A DNA stretch of 64,000 nucleotides from Eledone cirrhosa. Lineage: Eukaryota. The DNA lies in NCBI GenBank assembly GCA_964016885.1, contig OZ024743.1:164052001-164116000 (forward strand). The letters are read 5' to 3'. This document shows positions 1-11,697 of the stretch, in pieces (the first letter of the stretch is position 1; every line of letters begins with the position of its first letter). The position numbers and the translations under genes are program-made. The notes below the pieces were generated by a model. The model did no database searches and was not told where the DNA came from. It worked only from the letters and a program-made list of their open reading frames with translations.

Positions 1-71
1 ATTTTGAGCTTGCAGTTGTTTAGTCCCAGATCAACTCTGCCTTAGCAGACATTGGATCAAAGGCATTCAAT

Positions 72-250
72 CTTTATATTGGTTCCAATACTACCACTTT
101 ACAAAGTGTACTGAATGCAATTGTATCATGGCACCTGCACTACTGCTTTACAGAGTGTACTGCATGGAATTTATACTGGTTCCAGTACTGCCACTTTACA
201 GAGTGTACTGAGTTCATTTTATCATGACACCAATGCTATCATTTTATAGG
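72..250. repeat. Degenerate ~51-bp tandem repeat (core CCACTTTACAGAGTGTACTG), related to RTE/SINE 3'UTR subrepeats
   Basis: CTTTACA(A/G)AGTGTACTG recurs at ~96, 146 and 194; similar units at 35850-35930 and 61400-61600. Confidence 0.6.
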
Positions 251-1248
251 GTTTACAAAAATAATAATTAAAGAAAAATTTCTTCTCCTTTTCACCTATG
301 AACTCTAACTGGAACTAAATAATGCCCGAAGTTGAATTAACAGATGGTAAAAATATCTCCAAAGCACCAGTTTTTGTTAGGAAAACAGTACTGTATATTT
401 TTTATGTTTGGGTGGGTGGATTGGTTTTTGCTGAAGTAATTTGTTTTTACAGATGGATGCCTTCTCAGCTGTTAACTGCTCAACTGTGAAGAGGGTGGGG
501 GTGAAACTGTCTTATCTCTGAAGTAAGCTTTGTTTGGTGCTTTGTTGAAGAGCACAGTAAACTCATCATCATACATCTGTTATCTATGCTGGGGCAACAT
601 GGGTTCTTGAGCAAAACACTTAATTTCACATTGCTTTTCATTATAGGGCTGAGTCTCTTACCATTAAAACACTTGAGAAACCTGAGATGTAACTTTGTAA
701 GAATCCAGCAACGGTGTGTTCTGTAACAACACACACGCACGCACGCGATAGGATTAGGGCCAATAATTAAAACACATGAGAAACCAATGAGATGCAGTCA
801 GCTAAACTGGCATATGTGTGAGCTGTGAATTTCTTGTCTTTCTGGCATGGGTTGGACAGGTCATCATGGTCTATGCTTAAACGATCAAAGTACCACATCT
901 TGTTTATAAATAAGTTCCATATTTTGGCATTTTTATGACTGGATATGACAAGCTTCATACTCATCGTGGAATCCTTTTTGAGGTTGTGTTTTATGGCTGG
1001 AAGCTCTTCCTGATGCCAATTCTTTTAGTTGTCCCTTGTCCCTTATAGTCTACCTACTCTCACCCAGATACAATATATTATGATATAACACGGGTGAAAG
1101 AACAGAAATTTGTTTTCTGAACTTTGTTTTATTTGTGGCCCACTTTAGAAGAAATAAAAAAAATTAGCGAACTGAGTTCATAAAGTTAAAAATGAGTAGT
1201 TATATATTTTAACCTATATAAAATTTATTAAGTAATTTCCTTATTTGT

Positions 1249-1790
1249 GAAGGCATGTAGCTTAGTAGTTAGAGCGTTGAGCTCACAATTGTAAGGTTGT
1301 GAGTTTGAATTCCGGACTGGGCAGTGCATTGTGTTCTTGAGCAAAACACTTTATCTCATGTTGCTTCAATTCACTCAGTTGTAGAAATGAGTTGTAATGT
1401 AACTGGTGCCAAGCTGTATCAGTCATTGCCTTTCCCTTGGGACAACATCAGTGGCATGGAAAGGGGAGACTGGCATGCATGGACAACTGTTAGTCTTCCA
1501 CAAACACACCTTTCCCAGGCTTGTGCCTCAGAGGGAAACTTTCTAGGTTCAAAACCACGGTCATTCATGATTGAAGGGAGCCTACGAATTTCATGCAACA
1601 ATAAAATACCCCCAGTACACATTGTAAAGTGGTTGGCATTAGAAAGGGCACCCAGCCATAGAAAACCTGCCAAAAATGAAATGTATGAATAATAGGGAGT
1701 CACCTGACTTATCTAATCTCAGAATATGCCAACCACTTCGACAATTGAAAATAGGCATAAAATGGTGATGAGGAATTTTACGATTTTCAT
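1249..1790 (+). mobile_element. tRNA-derived SINE with RTE-type 3' segment
   Basis: A-box-like TAGCTTAGTAG, B-box-like GAGTTTGAATTCC, central GTGTTCTTGAGCAAAACACTTTAT, 3' GTGGTTGGCATTAGAAAGGGCACCCAGC shared with the RTE 3'UTR. Confidence 0.75.
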
Positions 1791-2776
1791 GGCATACTTA
1801 GTTACATCTTGTGACACTCCAATGTGCTACAGCATACTGTTTGATAATCTCTCCAACATCTTCATATCTACCTCTTATTTAGTGAAAAGGAACATTCATT
1901 AATAATACTTTCTATTTTTATGGAGGACAACTTCAATTTATAGAGGAGGAAGAGCGAGAGAGGAAATATCAAGTTCTGTTATTCATACCTGAGTTTAGAG
2001 CATAAGCATGTAACTGAAGATACTTTTATCTAATTATAAGCTGAAAACTAGGTCATGGACTTAGTTCACTGAAATCTTATCACCCGAATAAAGAGGCTAA
2101 TCTCAATAACTACAACATTAAAATAAAGAATGAGGTGATTTTAATAGTTGTCAAGTTCATTTATCGTTAAGGTCATATGTCATAGTTAGTGTTGAACTCT
2201 TCATAAGACTTGCGACAGTAATATTAAAACCCCCAAGAAACCTCCTATGAAGTACAACCATGTTAGGTACCAGCTGAACTTGCATTGCTGTCAGATGTAA
2301 TTTTCATTTTTTTTTTTTTATTCGAATTCATTTTTCATCATCACTTTTGTTGCTTTTCTTTCCACTTTCATATGTGCATGGGTTGGACAGGCTTTAATTC
2401 ATGGATTCCACTCTTATGATTTTGCATCATCATCTTGTCTATGATAACCAATTTTAGATGTGATTTAATTATTTCGTCCCTGGTTTCATTCTGAGATGAA
2501 ATAAGTAAATCTTGAAATAGCACAACTTTTGATATTCTCCACTCCTGCCTCACTCCACACTATCTTTTTATTTTGTCTATATTTTAGCTGGTTTCACAGC
2601 TACGTGGTTTGCAGTTCAGTCCCACTGCGTGGCACCTTGGGTTAGTATATATTATGACCTGAGCTTGACCAATGCTTTGCCAGTGAAATTTAATAGGCAG
2701 AAATTGTTTTCTGGCAGACTAAGCAGATATGTAAAGACTCCATGTATTTTGTAGTTAACATAGTTCACATATTTAA

Positions 2777-2973
2777 CCCTTTACAATTTACATTACTTTA
2801 TATATATACTATTGTATTTTCATGGTAAAGGATTTATCTCGCATAATATCAAATCTATGATATTTTGATATTTATTTTAAAAACAATACCTACTGAGTGG
2901 CCAGTTACAGCTGGATTGAACAGAAAGGGGTGAGCGAATTCTGGCTGGATATGGCCAGCTTAAATGCTAAAGG
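2777..2973. mobile_element. piggyBac-like MITE
   Basis: TTAA|CCCTTTA ... TAAAGGG|TTAA termini with TTAA target duplication. Confidence 0.7.
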
Positions 2974-4189
2974 GTTAACCACACTCAACCTTTTCTTTTA
3001 CCCAATCATTACACAGAACCTCTATGTACATGTTCATGTCTTCCTATGAAACCCCATTGCATTTCTTTTATATCATATTTTTCTATGTGTAAAACACATT
3101 TTTAAACTTAAAAATTTGATGTTGAAATCCTTCTGTGTCCAAATACACCAAATGGAAATATTAGATACTACAATAACCTTTTCCAAACTCTTTTCTCTAA
3201 AATAAGGATGTGTCTTATACAATGATGTACCTTATATTCCAATCAATCTGGGATACCCTCCTCATCTCCCCCCATACAATTGTCTTGCATTGCCTTGAGA
3301 ATATTCCCAATAAATGTTTATTATTTAAACTTTTTAATACATGTTCCCTACACATAAACACATACATGTGCACATGTGTGCCCACTGTTTTTCTCTGATT
3401 TAATTATACTTTTTCTTTCAATCTTATTTCATTTTATTTTGCTTGCTCTCTCTCTCTCCCTTCTCTTGCTCTCACCCTCTCTTTTTTTGGCTCTGTCTCT
3501 CCTCTCTCTCACTTGCTGTCTCTTACTCCCCCTTCTACTCTGAATCCTTATACAGTGTTCTCTTAGTTTATTTCTTTCAACTATTCCCTATTTATTTTGA
3601 TATTTTAGTGTTTTTAATGATCTCCATAATGGTTAAAGATCTTTTTTTTAAATAATACCTTAAACTAAAAATATATCTCCATTTCTTTATATTATATTAA
3701 TTTAGAATTTTCTTATGCTTTTTTATTTTCTAGATATAAAGAAATAAAATTTGAAAACAATGCCATAATGTGTTGATTAGCTGCCTCAGCTTATAAAGTG
3801 GGAGGAGGAGGTCCATTTCTCAGACATAAAATAGAGGGGCCCCGGCATATATTCAAGTATATATATGATAGCTCCAGGTCACTCCTGACCAAGCAGACAT
3901 TTAATCAAACGCATTCCAGCCATGACTATACCATCAATTTTTGGCAATGTGTATCTAGGACTTCATTGTTCAATTTGTTCTTTTTTTTTTTTTATGGCAT
4001 GGTTGCTATTTCTAACATATTGAGTGACCACAGAGAGGTTCCTTTGTTAGTTAAATCTCAAAATAAGACAGCTTGGTTGATCTATCATTCTGAAAGGTTT
4101 TTGGTTTTAGTCAAAGAAAGTTGAACAGTTTGAGTAGACTGATGCAGTTGATATCCCACCTTGAACATCTTTGGATTTGTCTACATGTA

Positions 4190-4555
4190 CTCTTGGGGCT
4201 TGAATAATCGTCCTCTCCCACCTCCACTTATTAAATTTTCAGATTTTTTCAACACCCCCAACCCCTGTTGATTCCAACCTCTCTGCTCATTAAATTATGC
4301 TAATCTATCTCCAGCAAAATTTTATTTTAAGTGATAGCTTTCCTGCGATAATTAATTTTCTTTAGACATTAAAAAACAATTTCACATGACAACAAAAGAA
4401 CATCACAAGAAATCTCATGTTATAAAATGAATAGGATGGATTGGGGTCTCAATATGTAAACTAAACAATTAATTGTGGGGTTTTTTTTAATCAAGGGAGA
4501 CAACTCAGAACAATTATCGATTTTCCACCCTCTTCTATTATTTGGGACCCAAGAG
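4190..4555. mobile_element. Tc1/mariner-pogo-type MITE, copy 1
   Basis: TA|CTCTTGGGGCTTGAATAAT ... ATTATTTGGGACCCAAGAG|TA; homologous over its length to 11351-11697. Confidence 0.75.
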
Positions 4556-4797
4556 TAAAAACACCAAAAGCTGTCAGTTTTAGAAATGTCAATGTTGCTG
4601 TTACTATTTAATTAAAGTTTGTGTGTATGGGGTTTAGAATAGGTACACTGTATCCTTGCATGTTGTAAGGGATGTTGAAAAGAGTTTGCACTAGGAAGGG
4701 CATCAAGATGTAAAGCATTGATTTGAAAAGGACTCAGTGAGCCTTTCAAGGGAACCACAAAACCAACCCTTGTTTTAGTAATTAAAAATAGCCTTAA

Positions 4798-4994
4798 CCC
4801 TTTTGTGACTGTATTTCTAATGAAATACTCCATTTCAATTAATTGATGAAATATTAATTATCTCATTACTAAGGTAGTAATGATTTTTATTTAAAACTAT
4901 GTTGAAAGCTTTTAATTTAGATAGGAGCTCTTTAAAATGAGTGGCTTTGTTTCATAGAACTAGAGCTGGTTTTGACCAGGTTGGTATCAAAGGG
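4798..4994. mobile_element. piggyBac-like MITE (second family; degenerate relatives near 11.8-12.0, 13.8-14.0, 26.5-26.6, 35.9-36.1, 53.8-54.2, 58.8 and 60.5-60.8 kb)
   Basis: TTAA|CCCTTTTG ... CAAAGGG termini; internal motif GTTTCATAGAAC recurs in relatives. Confidence 0.6.
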
Positions 4995-5483
4995 TTTTAA
5001 ATATTTGCTGCAGTAGACCAAGCCATTTGCGAATTACTCCTAATCATACCTTGTGAGAACTGAAACAGTGGCATTGTTCCCTGAATATGATATAACACAA
5101 GTGAAATGTTCACAGGCAACTACCTAGAAGAGAGCTCATGCTTTTCCATGCTGGAATGGATAGGACAAAAACTGTTTTTGAGACACTTATGTATGGTAGA
5201 AAGTCTTTTCTTCTCTGATGCCAACCCTTACTTGTTGAACCAGTCAACTGCAGGACATAAACACATATCACCAGCTTCTCAAGTTGTGTCAATTTGTGGG
5301 GGGACACGTAAACAGGGATCGAAGAGATTAATACATCTTGTTTATTATGTAACAATTTAACTTTTGTTGCTACAATAATTTTGCTCTCAACTACAATGAT
5401 GTTATAGCTGGATTCAGACAATTATCACATCTTCAGGCATCTATGTAGGCCATCAGGTACATAACCAGCCTGTCATTAGAAAT

Positions 5484-6962
5484 CCTCATCATCATACGTC
5501 AGTCCGCTTTTCTTTACTTGCAAGGGTGGGACGGGTCTTCTTCGGCACAGCATCTCTCCATTCGTCATGGTCCTTCGCCTTCTCCTCTGTGAGCTTCAGC
5601 AATCTAAGGTCAGCTCTCACCACCTCCGCCCATGTTTTTCGTGGGCTTCCTCTCCTGCGTCTTCCTTCCACCAGAATTTCTTGGCACTTCTTCACTCAAC
5701 TGTCATTTTCCTGCATATCACATTACCATACCAACGCAGTCTTCTCTCCTGCACACTACAGTTTATTCCACTTATATAGTGTCACTCTCAACTTGTCCAT
5801 GCTTGGTCATTCACACACATTGACATTGCACACCCATCAGAGCATGCTTGCTTCATTTCTCTCCAGCCGTCGCATATCCTCCGCAATTGCTGCCCATGTC
5901 TCACTACCATGCAGCATCACGCATCTTACACAGGCACCATACAACCGACCCTTTGTTGTCAACAGAGTAAGCAGCTCCCTAAACTTCTTCCAACCCATCT
6001 TTATTCTAGATACTATGGCCTCGGAACACCCCCATGCTAATCTGATCACTTAGGTACCGGAAGCTATCAACCACTTCTATAGCACCCACCTGCATTTGAA
6101 AAATGTGTCTATCAATGCGACTTCTACTGTCAAATTTCCTTGTACATCTACTGCATACATATTTCTGCCTACCTGTTAGTTTGCTTGCTATCCCACTACA
6201 TCTCTTGTGTACCCAAGATCTGCATTGTGTACATTCTATAGAGCAGGCATGTCAAACTGAGGTTTCTCCTAGGGCCACATGGGTCACATATGTGTTGTCT
6301 GAGGGCCACACATGACAACTAATTGCGCACATTACAATAAATTTTTTTATTTTATATTATGAAGATAAAACTTGCTTATGCTGTAAAAATCTTTGTGTGG
6401 GCTGCAGGTGTTCTTGTGAAGAGCCGGCCGCATGTTTGACATGCCTGCTATAGAGTATATGCCAACTCCTTTTCTACATATCAAGCATGGCCATTTCCCT
6501 GATGGAATCAGAGTCTTGTCCTCTTTCCTACTTATCAACACTTTAGTCTTTGCTAGGTTCATTTTCAGTACCCTTGATTCCAACTGCTGTTTCCACAGCC
6601 GGAATTTCTTCTCTAGCTCCTTTACTGATTCTGCAATAAGTACCAGATCGTCAGCATAGAGGAGTACCGATAATGAATAAGAGTGGGCTGAGGACCGAAC
6701 CCTGATGAACTCCTATTTGTATCTGGAATTCCTCACTAAACTCCATTCCTACTCTCACTTTACTGACAACACCTCTGTATATAGCTTACACTGTCCTCAC
6801 AAGCCATTCCTCTACACCTAGTTTCCTTAGGGAGCACCAGATGACAGATTGGGGTACTCTATCAAAGGCCTTCTCTAGGTCAACAAAAGCTAAGTATAGT
6901 GGCTTATTCTTCTCTACGAACCTCTCTTGTAGTTGTCTCACTAAGAAGACGGCATCTGTTTG
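5484..6962 (-). mobile_element. 5'-truncated, degenerate RTE-type LINE (RT with PHD-like insert)
   Basis: ORF fragments LVRQLQE..AFVDLEKAFDRVP, YADD, GKWPCLICRKGVG, MLHGSETW, RPRKTW-like end; (GAT)n tail at ~5485-5495. Confidence 0.9.
6244..6447. mobile_element. hAT (Charlie-like) MITE inserted into the RTE copy
   Basis: 14-bp TIR CAGGCATGTCAAAC/GTTTGACATGCCTG; exact 8-bp TSD CTATAGAG at 6236-6243 and 6448-6455. Confidence 0.9.
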
Positions 6963-7013
6963 ATATAGATGAAAGTTCATACACAACAACCTACTGCACG
7001 CAACTGAAGAGAC

Positions 7014-7115
7014 TGGTGCATAACCAGTCTGTCGTTAGAAATACAGGTACATAACCAGTCGTTAGAAATACAGGTACATAGCCAATCGTTAGAAATACAG
7101 GTATATAACCAGTCT
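7014..7115. repeat. 26-30-bp minisatellite (CAGGTACATAACCAGTCGTTAGAAATA), ~3.5 units
   Basis: Direct tandem units; one more unit at 5454-5483. Confidence 0.8.
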
Positions 7116-7900
7116 CTCACTATGTTACAAAATAGAATATTTTTAAATGTTTATATTTATCTAAAACCTTTAATCATAATTCTTATGTAACGGCCATTGT
7201 TATAAAATATACAGCTAACACTCCAATTTATTATTTCAATAGTAAATTGGAGTGTTTTAGTAATATAAAAATCACAAGCAGTTATTTTTCATTAGAAAAA
7301 AATTCAGTAACGAAAGTGTTAAATGTCCCGGCTTACAGAATCAGAACAACACTTTTAGTAGGATATCATCTGCTGACCTTTTCAGTCAGTAACCCAACAC
7401 CCATGATATTTTTTAGCTTGCTCCCCTCTCTTTTTTTTTGTGTACACACACACACACACACACACACACGCCTTACCATCTGCTGGCTTTCACTGCACTG
7501 CTTTAAATAAATGGAAGCCCTCAATAACACAGTGCCACTATATTTCTTAATTCAGTATTTCATAAACAACCAGTTACTTGAGTCTATGCCATCCTCAGAG
7601 CTAAGTTAAGCACCCAAATCCCTAATGACCTGGAATACAAAAGGTTATCTATCCATAGAGTTCATCAGCTGATATTGTTGGTCAAACCTTTGCAGAATAA
7701 AAACAAAATGGTGTGTGCATGTACATGCAAAACCATTATTCAACTTAGTACTCCATACTTTAAGGAGAGTGAATGTGCATATGTACACAGATAATCTCTC
7801 TCTCTCTCTCTATCAACCAATGACCTCTACCCATCCCACTCCCCACCCTCTCCTACCACCTGATAAGAGCTATAAATACCACATTTATTTTTGGATAGCC

Positions 7901-7951
7901 GGATTCCTGATGATTTCTAAAGAATGAAACAGTTCTAGTCCTGTAGAATCT
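7901..7951 (+). ncRNA. Type I hammerhead ribozyme, canonical core
   Basis: GATTC-CTGATGA-T TTC TAAA GAA T-GAAA-CAG ttctagtc CTG-TA-GAATC: stems I and III pair, GUA triplet at 7943-7945; TATAAA at 7871 and ATTAAA at 7957. Confidence 0.7.
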
Positions 7952-7961
7952 CATCTATTAA

Positions 7962-8010
<49 letters not shown>

Positions 8011-8011
<1 letters not shown>

Positions 8012-8044
8012 GTACATACATATATGTGTACAGACGTACAGTAG

Positions 8045-8082
<38 letters not shown>

Positions 8083-8637
8083 CATGCACACACATATATA
8101 TATATATACGTATGGGTTTACCGAACATTTATTATAATGTCAAGTTTGTTTGTAAACAAACAGCCCGAATTGAGTGAGAAATTAAATTTTGTTTCATTCT
8201 TTTCCTTTTATCGTTTTCGGTACGCCCGACCGACTAACTCACTCGATATGCAAATTATACTGCTCAGCCATTAATATGCATAAGGAAAGTATATACTTTC
8301 AAACGTTCAATCATCTGTCAGAAAGGTCTACGATGCTGCCGATAGCTAATAAGCTTGAAACTAGTACATCGTTCCTTTGTCACTGTTGAACAAAAGGGCG
8401 ACGATGGTTGCCGAGCACTGTACAGCGTAATTCGGGCTGTTTGTTTACAAACAAACCGAACATTATAATAAATGTTTGGTAAACCCATACATACATATAT
8501 ATATGTGTGCATGTATGTATATATATACATACTACTGTACGTCTGTACACATATATGTATGTACGTATACATACTTATATTTAGGTATCGGCCGTACTAA
8601 GAGTGAGAAATGAAATTTCGTTTCATTCTTTTTCTTT

Positions 8638-8640
<3 letters not shown>
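8011..8640. repeat. Fold-back unit: inverted arms 8011-8171 and 8429-8566, plus direct repeat 8172-8211 and 8601-8640
   Basis: Arms read as reverse complements (GTTTGTTTGTAAACAAACAGCCCGAATT vs AATTCGGGCTGTTTGTTTACAAACAAAC). Confidence 0.9.
8331..8371 (+). ncRNA. Minimal type I hammerhead motif (PLE-type) with one core mismatch
   Basis: CGATG-CTGCCGA-T AGCT AATA AGCT T-GAAA-CTAG-TA-CATCG; perfect 5-bp stem I, palindromic CTAG stem III; CTGC replaces CTGA. Confidence 0.6.
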
Positions 8641-8669
<29 letters not shown>

Positions 8670-9496
8670 ATGAAGATAGAAGAAACATTAGATAGTAATA
8701 AGATATATCATACCTAAACTGCTTCTATAGTCCCCGACTACGTAGTTTTGTGGCATATTATGCAAAAACACTACATCATAGAGATATAGAGTTTTGTGAG
8801 GTCTGCCGACTTATCAAGGGGGTACCTCATTAAGGGTTTCAAAACATGTCTGTGATGCGCGAGATAGAATCTCGAAAAGGCGGAGGGGGAGTCAATCACG
8901 TGATACAGCGGTCAAGAAACAGAGCTAAGCTCCTTATAACCCTGAAAAAAATACTGCGGAGGGGGTATTTATATCAAAGCCATAGAAGAGGTGGTTTGAG
9001 GAGGCGAGAAGTATGAGTAATGGGTAGCTATCCAGCAGTCACTACACTTCAAAGGTTACTCGACCAAAGGGAGCTATAAACAATATATAGAAAAACACAC
9101 AGATACATGCCTTTTCGAGATTCTATCTCGCGCATCACAGACGTGTTTTGAAAACCTTAATGAGGTATCCTCTTGATAAGTCGGCAGACCTCACAAAAAC
9201 TCTATATCTCTATGATGTAGTGTTTTTGCATAATATGCCACAAAACTACATAGTTGGGGACTATAGAAGCAGTTTAGGTATGATATATCTTATTACTAAT
9301 TATATCTAATGTTTCTTCTCTCTTCATAATGTATTATATAGCTCTGATACTGAATCAGTCTAATCCATTCAGATTGGTTTGTCCCAGTTATTCATAGAGC
9401 AACATAGGTTGAGGCTGATACCACTAACTCAGGGATATATGTGGATATATTCATGTGTATGTATGTGTCCGCATGTATCTGTGTGTTTCTCTATAT

Positions 9497-9503
<7 letters not shown>
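8670..9503. repeat. Fold-back unit: ~210-bp inverted arms 8670-8881 and 9109-9328, plus short inverted pair 9075-9110 and 9471-9506
   Basis: Reverse-complement identity, e.g. GCGCGAGATAGAATCTCGAAAAGGC vs GCCTTTTCGAGATTCTATCTCGCGC. Confidence 0.9.
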
Positions 9504-9550
<47 letters not shown>

Positions 9551-9551
9551 T

Positions 9552-9900
9552 GTACACCCAAGGCTTGGGCCCCGTGCTATCCGCCCAAGACAAGAATCCC
9601 ACTCGCATCACATAACAACAATACGGCACAATTATTTTACCTCAATTGGCCCTGCACTCTTTAACATTACACCAAAACACATCAAAGCAGAGACAGACCC
9701 CATCAAGTTCAAGAAGTTTTGGGATAAATTCCTTCAAGAAATCCCGGATAAGCCTCCTACACCCGGATATGCCTCCGTAAACAATAACTCTCTGCTCGAG
9801 TGGGCCATGGTGCCCAAACACTGATTTGTAAGACTTCGCCAGGTGGTGCTATTAAGTTAGACATGGCCTGGGCCAATACTGGCAGAAACCTACCAAAGTT
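9552..9900 (+). mobile_element. 3' fragment of a CR1-group LINE
   Basis: HPRLG...GPALFNITPKHIK...FKKFWDKFLQEIPDKPPTPGY...NNSLLEW resembles CR1-type ORF2 C-termini; flanked by (TA)n on both sides. Confidence 0.7.
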
Positions 9901-11350
9901 ATATATATATGTATATGAGAGAGAGTTTATCATTCCCTGTTCTATATTACAATAAAATACAGGTACAGAAGGAAAGAATATTTTATTTAAGAGTGTTCAG
10001 TTAATGAAAAGCAGGCCAGGGGAGTTTCAGTCTTGAAATTGTGAGGATAACCTCAGTTGATTAGACTTTTTCCCCCACTTGCCATATTTAGGCTGTAAGA
10101 CTCCATTTATAAGTATTCACTTCATGTAGAACACTCCTCTCAAAAGAATTAGTGAATAATTTCTTTCCCTTTCCCTATATTGAGGTTTATTGTTTATCTC
10201 AGTGGTTTGTTGGAGGTTTATACTTTAGAAAATTTCAGGAGGCGCAGTGAAGGGGTGGAGCAATTATGCAATGGGGTCATAGTTGCTGCAGATAATAATG
10301 ATTATTATTTTATAGAAACTACATAATATGACAGCTTCAGCTTGATAACGTCTGTCTTTGCCATACCAGTGATTGATGTCGGTCAGTGGTGTTAGGGATA
10401 TAGTCAGTTGTAAGAACATGCATGTTCTAGCTCGTCCTTGAGTCGTATGGTAGGTTGCCTGAGGTCAAGTATAGGTGTATGGTTTATGTCTGGCTTATGT
10501 TAGAGGTTGGCTTTGATTTTCTGGATGTATTTAATCACAGGTTCAGGCAATCAATGGTCTTAGTTGCATATATATTTGGTTATTCTAGTTTATTGTTGCT
10601 AAGTAAATATGCTTCCCTGAGAAGATCTAATAAGATCAAAACATGTCTATTGCTTTCACCAAGTTGTCATATAGACAAGGTTCACTCCCACTGCATTGTC
10701 TTAAATTGTTCCAGAAGACTTGAATCAGCTCAGGCTCTAGAATTTCTCTCTTTTCACTGTCTTATTATCTGAACACCCTTAATGAGGGTGTCGGTTTTGA
10801 AATTGAAGGATAATCTCAATTGTTTTAAGTTATTTTCCTATGTGCCATATTCAGACTACAAAACAAATCATGTAGAGGAAAACAATAACATATCCCTCTT
10901 TCTATTCACTCTTAAAATAAAGTCAAACTTTTGTGAATATTAACTCAGAAACGTTTGGCAGTTTGGTCCTCAATGCAATCTTGTTTAATTATTCAAAGCA
11001 GTACCCCCCCCCCCCTTTCTATCTATCTCTTGCTATCTCCTTCCCTCTCTCCCCTGCCTCAACCATTCACTCCAGCCACATCAACAGACAGTATAATTCT
11101 TATTATGACTGTTTCCATGACAGCACTGACCAAAGGTGAATAGTGATAAAGTTTGTGAATTATATTTGACCCTTTCATCAGTCCAAAGGTCAAGTGTATT
11201 ACATGTTGTTAGCTTTGCTTCTGCTTAGTGGTCAATCATATAAACTGTTCTAGCTACTGGCAGACAAACAGCCACAGACAGACTTTCTGTCCCCACATTT
11301 TTCTTCACAGACACAAGTTAAACTGTGATTACTTATTGCCTGGTGTTGTA

Positions 11351-11697
11351 CTCTGGGGGTCTCGAATAATTGCCCTCCACACCTCCCATGCTTATTAACT
11401 TTTCAGATACTCCCCACTCTTATTCCAGCCCATCTGCTTATTAATGTTTGCTAATCTATCTCTGACAAAATTTTATTTTGTGATAATTAGTTTTCTTTAG
11501 ACATTAAAAAAGATTGTACATGACAAAAAAAGAACATTACAAGAAATCTCATGTGTTATAACATAGATAGGATGAGTTGGGGTCTTAATATGTAAACTAA
11601 GTGACTAATTCTGGTTTTTAAAAAAGATCAAGGGAAGCAATCTAAAGAAATTACCGACCCCCTCCCCCCTCCCCCCATATTATTTGGGACCCAAAAG
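11351..11697. mobile_element. Tc1/mariner-pogo-type MITE, copy 2
   Basis: TA-flanked TIRs and internal homology to 4190-4555; partial third end at ~35546. Confidence 0.75.

Noticed and set aside
7003-7050. CTGAAGA followed by a 6-bp hairpin GACTGG/CCAGTC
   Set aside because: GAAA is 8 nt away from the stem and no stem I or III can be formed convincingly.
10350-10800. Possible decayed coding sequence
   Set aside because: No motif identifiable with confidence on either strand.
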